Assembly: GCA_000934665.2 (NCBI GenBank)
Contig: JYFJ02003452.1
Location: forward strand, 1-42,731
Direction: 5' to 3'
Source: Catajapyx aquilonaris
Lineage: Eukaryota
Length of the DNA stretch: 42,731 nt
Both the position numbers and the translations under genes were made by a program. Positions 1 to 11,503 of this stretch are shown here, in pieces (position 1 is the stretch's first letter; each line of letters begins with the position of its first letter). The notes beneath the pieces were generated by a model. It worked only from the letters and a program-made list of their open reading frames with translations. It did not search any database and had not been told where the DNA came from.

Positions 1-82
1 GGGGGGGGAGTGACGCGAGTTTGTAGGCATGCTTTGTGCACCGTCCCAAGGAGAAACGCCCTATCTTACCAAGAAGAGAGCC

Positions 83-389
83 GTTAATAAATCGGAGATT
101 TTTCCCTTTAATTTGCGTTGGTGCAACCGGGGATCTCTGCCGTCCCAATGCGAAACGCCCTATCTTGGTGAGATATGGCGTTTCTCCTTGGGACGGCACA
201 AACTATCAAAAATGGGGTCTAACAAGGCTAAGATCAGCAGATGGCCTGATGGGCTCAACCTCCAACATATCAATCCATCGAGATCCCAAGAAGAAACGTC
301 CAATCGTCTTTGTAAGATATGACGTTTCTCCTTGGGACGGCCGGTTGCACGAACGCAAATTGCGGGAAAAAATCTCCCGATTTATTAAC
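83..389. mobile_element. Foldback/MITE-like element with ~48-bp imperfect terminal inverted repeats and internal hairpins
   Basis: 83-130 (gttaataaatcggagatttttccctttaatttgcgttggtgcaaccgg) is the near reverse complement of 341-389. Inside are inverted pairs of a ~26-bp motif ccgtcccaaggagaaacgccctatct (139-166/171-197 and 283-305/315-341). Another copy of the motif lies at 41-66. Confidence 0.7.
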
Positions 390-948
390 TGTTCTTAGTC
401 TGTGATCTCCTTTAATTTGAGTCGATCCCCAACCGGTCCTGAGGGATGTTTTGGCGAAACCGGTGTGACGCAACAGCCGGACGGCCGAGTGTTGCCAGCA
501 ACCCGGGCTACTAACCTCCCGACCTCTTCCTGCCCCGCCTTCCCCCCTCCATCTCTCCCTTCCCCCTCCCTCTTCCACTTTAGCCCGCTCCCTTGAGCAG
601 GGTTTCGTTTCGGAGCGCTTCAAAGGGAATTCCTAAACTTTCCACACAGGCGGACATTTCAACCCCCCCTCTCCCTCTCCTCTCCCCCCTTTTCCTCTCC
701 CTCCTCCCCACTCTCCCCCATCCCCCGCTTTCCCCCATCGATCCGGGATTGTAACGGGGCAGGTGGCCGCCAGATGGGGGCAGCTGTCAAGAGAACATGT
801 CGCAGACTGCACTAAACAATGTTGCAACACTGTTAACTCATTGTTGCAGTTCAGCCGAATCTGGCAACACTGCCTGAAAAGCGGGTCAAAAATTGGTGTT
901 AAAATTATTACGATTTGAAGTTCGGCAACACGCATGAGGTCATTTACA

Positions 949-1156
949 CTGGCGTCCCAAGGAGAAACGCCCTATCTCCAAAACCGGTAAGGACACTGGG
1001 TGAAATTTTCGTCGCACTGCTAGTTACTGCTAAGTTTAGTAGTAACCACCCCCAGCATTGGTACTGGTAAGTTAGCAGTAACTAGCAGTGGGACGAAAAT
1101 TCCTCGTCCAGTTTACTGGTTTTTTGGAGATATGGCGTATCTGCTTGGGACGGCAG
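949..1156. mobile_element. Foldback MITE, same TIR motif as 41-341, with a nested palindromic core
   Basis: The left end ctggcgtcccaaggagaaacgccctatctccaaaa-ccggtaa pairs with 1112-1156. The inner inverted repeat at 1004-1101 reads aattttcgtcgcactgctagttactgctaa ... ttagcagtaactagcagtgggacgaaaatt. Confidence 0.75.
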
Positions 1157-1833
1157 CACACGGCACCTAATGAACCGGACCTGGTTTAGACCCGGTCCGG
1201 TTCACTCTCTGCCGTGTGAATGGGCCCAGTGCACTTCCAGTCGGTGGAAATGCGGCAAAGCGCGAAACCATGCCAAAAAGAACCGGGCAAAAAAAGAGAG
1301 AGGCTGTTAATGAGATTGCGCAGTGGAAAAATCGGCGCGATAATGGGCATAACACGTAATGTTAATTACCTTTCTTAATGACGAAAAGGCGTTAATGCGT
1401 TAGAAGTAATGACATTGCCGCACATGTTTGGGCTTTCCCGGCTGGACAAATATGGCAACTATTTGTGTTTGTGAAGATATGAGCTTGGAGAAGAATCAGG
1501 ATTTTTTTTTTAAATTAGTCTATATACTGCTGTATACTGTATAGAATTGGCTAGGCGTGACTTTGTCCCTCACACTCATGACCTAAAGTCCTAAGAGGTA
1601 GTAATTTTACTTCCTCGTAGTTACCATAGTTATCACGTAGAGTGGGAGTAGTGGGCTGAGAGGGAAAATGCGCGCCATCTGGTTGGGGTTATATCGCACT
1701 ACGTCCAAGTACGGGGCAGCCTGGACAGTGCTGCCAATTAATTATTATTATTGGCAATGGGTTCACCACTAGTTAAATAATGAGAACTCACTCAGCCTCT
1801 CCTACACTTGTAAGGACCATTTAAATTTAATTT

Positions 1834-2500
1834 ACTAGAAAAACCCTCGTTTCGCTCGCTTTTTTAAAAGGCCTGCGGCCTGTGGGGGTGTCGGCCATAT
1901 TGCTCGTCGCATCGGACTTCGCCAGTGATGATGGCAAGAACACGCGCGAATCAAAGATGGCGGACACTATTTTTGCCTGTACCCTATTTATACCTCGTTG
2001 GCGTTCCCCACACTTCAAAATGGCCGCCAGCCTTGGCAACGCCCCAAACAGAGAGACGCGGAAATCGAATGTTTGCGCCTCTTATGTAGTATATGCTCCC
2101 TGGTACGATCCTTTGGGTATATATATGTTCCTGCGCTTAAACTCAATTTTAACAGGTTTTGTGTGGGTTGACACATTATTGCATAACACCGTCAGAATAA
2201 CCATTCGCAAACTCCCCTCCCTCCGTTTTAATGGTACGTAGTAGTAATAATTCTCTAATAAAAACCCTGTTTAAGAACACGATTTAATTCGATTCTGGGA
2301 GCCTGTTACTCCGCCATCTGGCGTGGAGGTTGCGAACTCACCCACTGACGTGACTGCTACCGCTAGATGGTGTGGAAGTTGCGAAGTCACCTCCTAACGT
2401 GAATACCTACCGCTAGATGGTGTGGGAATGTCGCACTCGCTGCACGCGTACTCACACACATCCGTGGCGGTGAAGCTAATGTATAAAGCGTGTAATAATT
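1834..2500 (+). mobile_element. Probable Helitron/Helentron-like non-autonomous repeat fragments
   Basis: The 5' motif actagaaaaaccctcg recurs as actaggaaaaccctcg at 42603. Segment 2121-2199 recurs at ~9408-9481. It contains an internal 50-bp tandem repeat and ends in ...gaagctaatgtataaagcgtgtaataa before a T-run. Family assignment is inference. Confidence 0.4.
2308..2438 (+). repeat. ~50-bp tandem repeat, about 2.6 copies
   Basis: Unit cores at 2311 (ccgccatctggcgtggaggttgcgaactcacc), 2360 (ccgctagatggtgtggaagttgcgaagtcacc) and 2410 (ccgctagatggtgtgggaatgtcgcactc). Confidence 0.8.
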
Positions 2501-2931
2501 TTTTTTAAATTACTTCTCTTCCTCCGCTGTGCAACCCAAATTCCTGTAGCTAATGCACAGCCAGACAATGTTTGTCGGTAACACCCTGTAAAGTGGTCTG
2601 GTGGGGCGTGTCCAAATATGTATGCAAGGTCTCCCGCGGAGTGCGTCTAAATGGATATGATGAAACCCAATGGCGGAGGTGAGGACTTAGTTGGGTTTGC
2701 AAGAGCAGCTTGAGTGTATCATTCTGAGAGCCTTTTGGCAGATCAAAGATGCTGTGTTTTGGTGTGGATGCTTGGGATGGGGGGGCTGAGGGACACGGAT
2801 AAGGGTGATCTTATGGGACATGGCGAGGGCGGGTTCAAATGGGGCTGCGGAGGAGCCTTGTTCCTTGTCGCAATTAATTTGTACTCCCCTGCTGGAAAAA
2901 GGGGGGTAGTGCAGCAGGAGGAGATGGGGAG

Positions 2932-2965
2932 GGAAGGAAGGAAGGAAGGAAGGAAGGAAGGAAGG
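2932..2965 (+). repeat. (GGAA)n microsatellite
   Basis: Read directly from the sequence. Confidence 0.9.
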
Positions 2966-5134
2966 AGGGGGTTGTAAGGGGGGAGAAGCTGCACGCCCGT
3001 TCTCGCTTGAAATGCCGGAATTGCACATGTATTATGCACCGGAACACGGTTCTCTCTCTGGCTGCTCTCCCCAGCACCACCCCTCGAGTCTTCCATTCCG
3101 ATGGAAGATCAAAGATTCACAACTCAACAGCCCCCTTTTCCTGGGGAGGAAATCCCAGACCAACCTTTCTGCTAGGTAGATAAATAAAGGAATGCTGCTG
3201 GAGAGAGAGGGAGAGGGGGAGAGGGGGGCTAAAAAGAGAGAGAGAGAAAATGACACCTGATCGATTGATGCCCCTTTCGAGTGCCAATCTGTAATGCACC
3301 TGGCTTTCAGATCACGTCTCGAAAGCCCAGGTTGCTGAACAGGTATATGGCATCTTGTGGTTGTGGCTCTCGCACTGGTTTATGAGAGGCCAGCAGCGGA
3401 GCCCGTTCTTCGCACGGCCTGTTTCCATGGTTATGTAATCAGCAACAATCGAAGGGTTGCCTCCAACAACGTCGCATGTCAAACCTCAGAATATGTAACA
3501 TACAACGTTGTATAGGAGGCAGCCCTTCTTATCATTGCCATTAATGCCATGGAAACCCCGATGCCATGGACAAACAAACTTTCCCTCATACTATATATGT
3601 AAAAGAAGGTGGGAAACTGAGGAAGATGAGGAACCAAATGTTCAAAAAAAAACTACAAAATCCTTAATTTTGGGGATTTTATACTCAAACGAGTGCGGTT
3701 TTCGGACTTTTCCCTGAATCAGCGGCACGTAATCCATCAGTTTGCCAAGTTTCTCTCAGAAGTCTGAAAGTGGGTTAGGTAACCCGGACAAACATATACC
3801 AACAAACTTTCCTGTTTATACTATCAGACATTAATGTGAGAGGACATCTTAAGAATTTTACAATTTCCCCCCTATCATTTGCAAAAAAACAAAACTATGT
3901 GAGCTTTGTATATAGGTTTTGCAGGGGGGGGGGGGNCGGATTTGATGACAACCGCGTGCAGGTACAGAGCGTGCTGTTGGATGGATGCCAGAGACTACTG
4001 GGACCCACTCTCGAGTGAATTCAACAACAATGTATATAGCTGTAACTTGTGGAACACCCTGTAGTGTTTGTGAAAAAATAATTTTTGTTGCAACTTTTTG
4101 TTTTATTTTGCCGAAATTGAAGCAAACACAGCGGATTGATTAGTGACGTTGTCAGATCGCGGCTGGGGGAAAGCGTTTTGTGGGGGGGGGGGGGAATATT
4201 TTACTTCTGATTATAAACTTGTGCAATTTTCCAAAAGTGAGGGAGGGAGCCGAAAATGCAGGGGGGAGGGGGGAATGGAAATAATTTCTGTCCCCCCCCC
4301 TGCTTTTCCTTCCGGGAAAATCCGGGCCTCCAATTATGATGGGAAATTAATGCCACGGAATAAATCCATTTTGGAGGCACGGTTGACAGCCAGGACCTTA
4401 TTCGAAGAGAGAGGCTGGGGATGGGAGGGACGGGGGAAAGGGGCGGGAAAAACGGCTGGTTAAAAAAAAAAAGTCTCGTAATAGTCAGGAGCAGAGGATG
4501 CGAGGTTTTGTGAGGACGGGATGAATTCACTTGTTCCCACATGCGACTTTTCCCACAAAAATTAATAGGGCTTGTAAGGATTAATTATTCCACGCGCACC
4601 TCCCCACGTCCATTACAGTGGGGAAGAGGAAATCTCCCAATTTTTTTTGTCACTTGTGCACCATGTACTTTGTATCCATCAGGAGGACGACTCCCCATTA
4701 TGACCAAACACGATGATAAAGTGCGCCCGTGTATGGCGCTGAAGAGCAAATGAGTTTCAGGTGAACCCTGCATAATTCTGTCAAGCTGTTTTTTGCATCG
4801 AGCACTTCTTACATGTTTCTCACAATAAGAAACGTCTGCCAAAAAAAATTAGCCATCTCGTATAGCAGATGTCAGTGTGCCAAAATTGGCTGTTGTAACA
4901 GACCATCTAGATCTGCACATAATGACAGCTTTTTCGTTGTTTTCATGCAGCCAGTGCAGCAATGATGTTTCATCCTGACTTGTATGCAACAGCACTCTTG
5001 TCAAAGGAGCAGCATAACCTGCAGGCGCGAAAAGGTCATTTGCCAGTTGCATGCCAGGAGCAATTTAGTTAATCCGAGATTTTCTGCTTAATTGTGAAAC
5101 GATAAAACCAGTTTCAAGCGCCGTATATAACGAA

Positions 5135-5419
5135 CTCTCTAAAAAATAGTTAAAAACTCAATAAGAGTTAAATTAACTCTTTTAAACCTTGAAAGTGGTC
5201 ATTACCAAAAATGAGTTATAATAACTCTTTGCTGGAGTTAAAACAACTCTTTTAGTTCATTTCATCCTCCGAAAGAGTTATTCATTCACTCTTTCGGAGG
5301 ATGAAATGAACTAAAAGAGTTGTTTTAACTCCAGCAAAGAGTTATTATAACTCATTTTTGGTAATGACCACTTTCAAGGTTTAAACGAGTTAATAAATTT
5401 AACTCTTATTTTTAGAGAG
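5135..5419. mobile_element. Long palindromic foldback element (98-bp perfect arms, 9-nt loop)
   Basis: 5181-5278 is the exact reverse complement of 5288-5385, with loop tattcattc. The outer termini are ctctctaaaaa / tttttagagag, and there are internal gagtt/aactc subrepeats. Confidence 0.85.
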
Positions 5420-5908
5420 AAGTTGCTCTAGCACTGAAAATCTTGTAAATTACAGTTGGAAATGTAACCTGTAATTTTTCACGTCTGTCGTTCCTCTCAA
5501 ATACAATGTAGCGTCGTGTATAACGTGAGCAGAAGTCAAAACCTTGTCCGTATGTCATGGCAACGGCACGACGAGAGAGGTGCAAAGTGCGTTGAACCTT
5601 TTTTTTCCCCCGCAAACCGACGGTACGCACTCGACCGAACGTGTAAGCATCATCCTTTCCCGTCGAACTGGGAGTCAACAGCCCCTCTTTATTAGCTTGC
5701 ACGCTTAAAATAACCCCCAGGGGGCGGCCAAAAAAAAGTAGGAGAAGAGTACTTTACCCTTGATGCTCTTCCTCTTATTAAGTTAACCAGCCTTTAACGC
5801 GTCTCCAGACCTACTTTTAATTTGCGAGACGCTCTTACAAGGGTAGCCTCAAGTTCACTGGGACACACCTGCCACTACAAGGTACTGCACTTAAGAATAT
5901 CTCGGCAC

Positions 5909-6129
5909 AATTTTTTTAACGAGCGCAACCGAGTGCGCACCCACACTTGCGCAAGTCCATTGTTCCGACAACAACGTGCCCCAGTTGCTCCACTCGTAGC
6001 CTCTAAGGTTCGTTTCAGAGCTCTGGCAACATCGCAAAAGTCGGCCATATTGTTACCCCCTCATGATTAGTGTTGGAAACAATGTGCGCGAACAGTGTTG
6101 CGCACTCGGTTGAGCTCATTTTAAAAATT
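5909..6129. mobile_element. MITE with ~55-bp imperfect TIRs
   Basis: aatttttttaacgagcgcaaccgagtgcgcac...cattgttcc pairs with ggaaacaatg...gttgcgcactcggttgagctcattttaaaaatt. Confidence 0.7.
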
Positions 6130-6504
6130 CATATGTATAGTCTCTGGTGACCCCCAAGCTTACGAGAATTAACAATGTCGAGTAACTGATTTAATCAATT
6201 GCCAAGTAGCTCCCGAGGAGTTTTGAATCGAAGGGCTGATCTTTACTACAGGACGAAGTGTTAGGAGTCGGGGTCGAGGGCGGGGGGGCAGTTAAAAGAG
6301 CGCGTCCGAATTGGAATCACCCGCCAGCTTGATAATTTTAGTTAATTGCGGAGCTGAGCGATTATATGGGTTATGTAACAGCATAAATTACTGTAGCCTA
6401 CGTTTTGTGGCGCCGCAGGCCAACGAACGTTATTGTGGCTTGGCCACTGCGAGATACATTCTGACGCGCCTCCACCCCACTGGATCGCATCCTTCTTCTA
6501 ATCC

Positions 6505-6690
6505 GCTTATTCTCTCCGTCGGGTGTTTGTCCGACCTGATAGTACCACTATCTCTCGCACGACTTGAGAGTGGCAGGAGTGTGCAGGGGAAGAGTGCGCC
6601 ATCTATCCGTGAAGAATAGTACCCCCTGGTAAATCGACCTCCAGTGCGGTTCTGATCAGGTCGGACGAACATCAGATGAAGAGAAATAGT
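6505..6690. mobile_element. MITE with ~35-bp imperfect TIRs
   Basis: ttattctctccgtcgggtgtttgtccgacctgat pairs with atcaggtcggacgaacatcagatgaagagaaata. A related copy lies inverted at 7541-7654. Confidence 0.65.
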
Positions 6691-7132
6691 ATCTAGAAGA
6701 AAGATCAGTGTTGCCAAATTTTGGCAACTGTTTCACTAGTAGTAAAAATCTTCCTTATGAAGCACGCTGTACGCATATTGAGGTAAGTGCAGTACTGGCA
6801 TATGAGTGGTGTCGTATGCACATTTGAGTGTGTTAAGAGAGATGAAGTGGTGAGTTAACGGAGGGTTAGGTCCCCTCACTTTCCTTTCTCATTATAACTT
6901 TCGACAACGAATGGCAAGAAAGGCCTGTCTGCCTTTCCTCCCTCCCTCCACCTGCCCCGCCCCACCCCCCTCCCTTCGAAACGCCAAAATTGTGCTCATC
7001 TAAATTGCAAAAATCCTTCCGCCTCAGCAGATCCAAGGCCCGAACGCCCCTTTTCGCACGCCAAAAAAAGTTGCCTTTTCGCAGAGTTTCGTCCATTGGA
7101 GAAACGGGGAGAGAAGCAAGATAGAGACAGAA

Positions 7133-7136
<4 letters not shown>

Positions 7137-7225
<89 letters not shown>
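7137..7225. repeat. (AT)n microsatellite, ~44 units
   Basis: Read directly; it explains the YIYIYI ORFs. Confidence 0.97.
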
Positions 7226-7227
<2 letters not shown>

Positions 7228-7540
7228 GTATAACATGCGAGGTCGGCAGGCCATATTGCAAATCGACCATCTGCATTGAATTTTTGCACATAAGCGAGGC
7301 ATAACAGGGTGGTCCAATCGAACTCTCAGAAGCTGTAACAGAAAGTCATCAGGGCTAGTCAATACACTGATGTAATGGATATCATTATATTGCAGAGCCT
7401 AAGACTGTCAGTGATCTCTGATGACCCAATGGAGTCAGAGGTCAATGGGTGAACCCGTTGCCAAAATTTGGCAAAACCTGTCATCAGTATGACAGTGACA
7501 ATCAAATGGTTTGAATGAGCTGGCCCGCCGATTTACCACG

Positions 7541-7654
7541 TAGTATTATTCTCCGTGCATAGATGGCGCATACTCCCTCCTTAACACTCCTGCCACCCTC
7601 AGGTCGATGCGAGATACTATCAGGTCTGACAAACATCCGACGGAGAGAATAAGC
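7541..7654 (-). mobile_element. Partial inverted copy of the 6505-6622 repeat
   Basis: Its reverse complement gcttattctctccgtcggatgtttgtcagacctgatagta...gtggcaggagtgt...gcgccatctat aligns with 6505-6622. Confidence 0.75.
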
Positions 7655-7878
7655 ATTTTAAGAGAAAGGTGTAAATGAGGTTAATTATGTGCAATATAAC
7701 ACGCTCAATTTTTAATGGTCTGTTGGCACTTACGTCTTTACGTACAGTCTGTGGCTTTGTCCGCGGTGAGTCATCAGTAGTGGGCAGGAAGGTTGCGCCA
7801 TCTATGTGGGAGATTTGATACTGTGTTCACAGCGTTCCCACGTTTTGGCAAGGGATTCCCTCTCATCTCTCTGTGTGT

Positions 7879-8186
7879 CTCTTTAAAAATTCGAGCGAAA
7901 ATTTCACTCAAAAAAGGAGCAGTTTCGCAAAATGCTCTTTTAAGTGAATTTCCCTGGGCAAATATTTACTTTAAACTCAAGTCTAGTGTAATATTACTCG
8001 AAAGAAGAGTGAAAACAAGTAAGAAGCTACTCATTCAGCGAGTGAAATGATTACTCATTCTGAGTGAAAGTTATTCAAGAGATCGAGTGATTTTTCACTG
8101 AAAATGAGTGGGAGTCAAATCAAGTGGAAGCAACAGTGAAAAAAATGACTCGAAACGAGTGGAAAAATACTCGAATTTTTTCAGAG
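7879..8186. mobile_element. Degenerate foldback element with CTCT-A5 termini and gagt/actc subrepeats
   Basis: ctctttaaaaattcgag pairs with ctcgaattttttcagag. The architecture resembles 5135-5419. Confidence 0.55.
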
Positions 8187-8206
8187 CAGAAAGTTTGTCT
8201 GTATGT

Positions 8207-8420
8207 CCTGGCTGCCTAATCCACTTTCGGACTACTGAGAGTGCTGAAACTTGGCACACCGATGTCTTATAAACGCCTTTCAATTTTACCAATTTCTGTT
8301 GGAAAGGAAAGACTCGTTCTTTGCAACAGAAATTGGTAAAAATGAAAGGCGTTTTATAAGACATCGGTGTGCCAAAGTTTCAGTGCTCTCAGTAGTCCGA
8401 AAGTGAGTTGGGCAGCCAGG
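8207..8420. mobile_element. Palindromic MITE with ~100-bp arms
   Basis: cctggctgcctaatccactttcggactactgagag...ggcacaccgatgtcttataaacgcctttc...ttaccaatttctgttg pairs with caacagaaattggtaaa...gaaaggcgttttataagacatcggtgtgcc...ctctcagtagtccgaaagtg...gggcagccagg. Confidence 0.8.
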
Positions 8421-10670
8421 TTGACTGCTAGTGTTTCATCACATCCTTTTAGATCAGCCGGTACTGTACATTGTAGCTGTATAGATAAAAACTGGCTGAT
8501 CCCTGACCCCTGTTTTTGTCAGCTGGAATGAGAGCCATTTGCTCTCTCTTTTTTGCGATTTCCCTCTCCCCCTTTCCCCCTGTCTCTCTCCCCTTTTTCG
8601 TAGTGACGTATCGGTGTGGAGGGCAGGACCATGGGGGGAAAAGGGAAGTGAGGTTTCCAGGAATCTGGAGTTTATTTATGGGGTGCAGCAGATGGCGCTG
8701 AGGCTTTTGTTTCCCGCCAAACCGAAGAGAGATGGGTGAGGTTTTTGGGACTCGGGGGGCCCTCACGTGCGTTTGACTCCAGCCTCCTTTTGACGGGCTG
8801 TTGGAAACGTCAGACCCTCGGGACTTGCCTGCGTCACACGTGCTCGCCTACTTGACCAACCGAGCGGTCAAGATCCAAATTCATGCTGCTCAAACTACGA
8901 TTTATCAGGAGGGTATATGTGTGCTTGGGTATTATGCGTGCAGGGTGAACAGCCTGTATAGTAAATAGCCTGGAGCTGGAAGTGATGAAGGTCGGTTCAA
9001 GATTGCTTTGCGAGCCAAAGTGAAGGGGGGTCATAGCCTTTATTGGACCTCGCCAAGGGCCGGGGGCATGACCCTTGACCTTTGATGTTGGCGAGGCCCG
9101 GATTCATTTGTAGGGAAAGCGGCCCGGATGGTTGCACGGGGCCAAGGGTAGGCTCACTTTGGTGCAATTAAGGCTGTTTCAAGGAGAGTATGTAGGTTTA
9201 TGCGAGGTTATACTCTACAGTACCTAACTTGTCAACAAAAAAGACATGCCCTAAATGGACGGTGGTATGCAATAATGAGTCAACCCACATGAGAACAGTT
9301 GTGAGAAAAGGGGCTTTGAATGTCACACCTGTGGCTTCTTAGCATTTAGGTCATTTATGGCAGAAATGTGCAGATTTTGCCAGCATGATTTTAACATAAT
9401 CTGTTGGATATATGTTCCTGGGCTTAACTCAATATTGACGTTTTGTGTGTTGACGCATTATTGCATAACACCGTCCAAATATTGCGACCTCTGTGGTTAA
9501 GCTACACGCGGTAGGGTTTCAAAAGAGGATTTCTTATGGACTGCACTGTACCCACCATTCTGATTGGTGGAGCAGAGGACCCTCTGCTCCCCCAATCAGA
9601 TCAGTGCGGAGTGGATGGGCAGAGGTCGCCCCGCCCACTTTTTGTGAAGTTATGATGCGAGTACTGTAGTGTAGACAACTCAATTGGGAAAACAGTCGCA
9701 CTTTAAGGGTCCAATCCGCGTATGTTGAAATGTCAAGTAGAGCAATCATCTTTGATTCCGAATTTTGTCCCGATTGGCATTTTTGCGCAAGACATTGACA
9801 AAAATGGACTCATTTTTTTAAAATCCTGAGAAATGTGTTTTTTTTTTTTTTTTTTTGCAATGCGCGTGGCAGCCGGAATGGCAGGCTTATCATTTTTGCC
9901 GCGCTCAAATTCCGAGAGTAAAAAAGAGTAGGGGGCCTGAGTCGAACGTGCCAATCAACACATCGCGGATTTGGTTTCGCGCCCGGTTGAGCATCACCGG
10001 TGCATATATACCTGGCTGCAACAGTTTTGCGAAAAAATAATATTGCAGAAAGCGGCGCAGGGCTGAGTAATTACGTGTGGATTGTTGAGCATTAGGATGG
10101 AGAATTGCGGCTGGGATTGGATCTGGCAGGGAGTAATCTACTTCTACTGTTTTTATGGCCCGCGTTTTGCACAGATGGAAAAAACTGTCTGCCTCCGATG
10201 CACAGGGTGTTCCGAATCAAATCGAGTTATTTCCGAGAGGCTTCGAGTTTGAATATTGCTATTTTGACTTAAGGGATCGGCTGACAATTTTTCGAAATGA
10301 TTTCTGCAGGCGTTAGATGTCAGGCTGGTGCCGTCTACCGGATATGGTAGTGGCATCTAGTGGACACGACTTGCAACAGGGCCGCCTTGCAAGATGTGGG
10401 CTAAGCCTTGCTGATGCATAATTAACTCGAGTACTGTACGTGATCCGAGTGGTTGCGCAACAAAAGCAAGTGCTTGAGGATACAGCTGTCTGAAGGAGTT
10501 GGGAAGGGGTATTTCTTTTTGGACAGCCCGGAGAGGGGGGGTATGAAGGAGGGAGGCGGGGTTGTGAAGCTGTGGATATGACTTGTGGATTTGCTACATT
10601 GTGACATCCAGGAGGACCAAAGTTTGGAGCTAGTTTTGGAAGGATGGGTTGGATGGTGGAATGAGGCTTG

Positions 10671-10696
10671 GAGAGAGAGAGAGAGAGAGAGAGAGA
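10671..10696 (+). repeat. (GA)n microsatellite
   Basis: Read directly from the sequence. Confidence 0.9.
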
Positions 10697-10929
10697 GGCT
10701 CATCTGCATATTCTGGTCATTTGCACCATCTCGGTCCCTTAAGCCGACTCGCATTCCCAGGCGTCTGTTGCGCTGTAATGTTTCAGAGGAAGGATTTGCA
10801 GTACTGCGGGCCCAGCCAGCCTGAAAATGCTACAGGGTGGGACACTGACCAAGTCCCAAGATGTTTAGTCTGGACCTGCGCCTATTTTTTTTAAAATAGC
10901 ATGCCCTGTCGTGGAAAAGGCATGTTTGA

Positions 10930-11300
10930 GAAAAAAAAGTCGTATATAGAACGGCTGTCCGTCCGTCCGTCCGTCCGTCCGTGGACAGGTATCAGGGCCT
11001 AATCCGCACGAGATACAAACAAACTGTTTTTTTTCGGATTAGGATGCAGCGGACCCTAAATAGGCTTCATGGTCAACTTCCGGTGACTGGCCACTTCCGG
11101 TTTTCCGGGTTCACCATATCCGCCAAGGTTAAATCTACACCGTGTAAATTAATTTTATTGGAAGTGAGACTGTGTTGTCCAGTTAGAATTGCATCTCATC
11201 GTGGCGTATATTGTATCGTATTCAACAAAGTTGTCAGTCCCGCTGCCCAATGAGAAAAAGTCTACTCGAATCACGCTCGCTTGATCTGCCAATCTCGTTT
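10930..11300 (+). mobile_element. DINE-1/Helentron-associated (HINE)-like element, copy 1
   Basis: A (GTCC)n tract at ~10957-10982 is followed by gtggaca...gagata...caaactgttt(t)cggatt...gggttcac..tatccgccaaggt...caatgagaaaaagtct...gaatcacg...tgccaatct, colinear with 18385-18840. A GTCY microsatellite near the 5' end is typical of DINE-1-like elements. Confidence 0.6.
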
Positions 11301-11503
11301 CTTCTTGCGTTTGCCAGTGTGACGTAATATGTTGCTTCAATAATATTGTCGATTGCCTTAGCTAATTGTTTGTCCTGTTTTGTGCAATTGCCAGGTGGGA
11401 GTATCGTCGGCGGACGACGCGTTGGTCGCCCGCCGATGCGTCGCCGGCGTCGCCGCCATCTTGGAGAGGAGGGCAGCGCCATGAGAGGGAGCCGCGCGGC
11501 AGC

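Noticed and set aside
6866..7362. YIYIYI ORFs
   Set aside because: Translation of the (AT)n microsatellite.
2580..10845. Scattered CAGGGTG / CACCCTGTA Tc1-mariner-like ends (about 2583, 4055, 7305, 8941, 10203, 10833)
   Set aside because: I could not pair them into elements with confidence, and there is no transposase ORF.
1..11300. Short ORFs in the first 11 kb (and similarly in 15300-21600)
   Set aside because: Low complexity or repeat-derived, with no domain motifs and no consistent exon chains.
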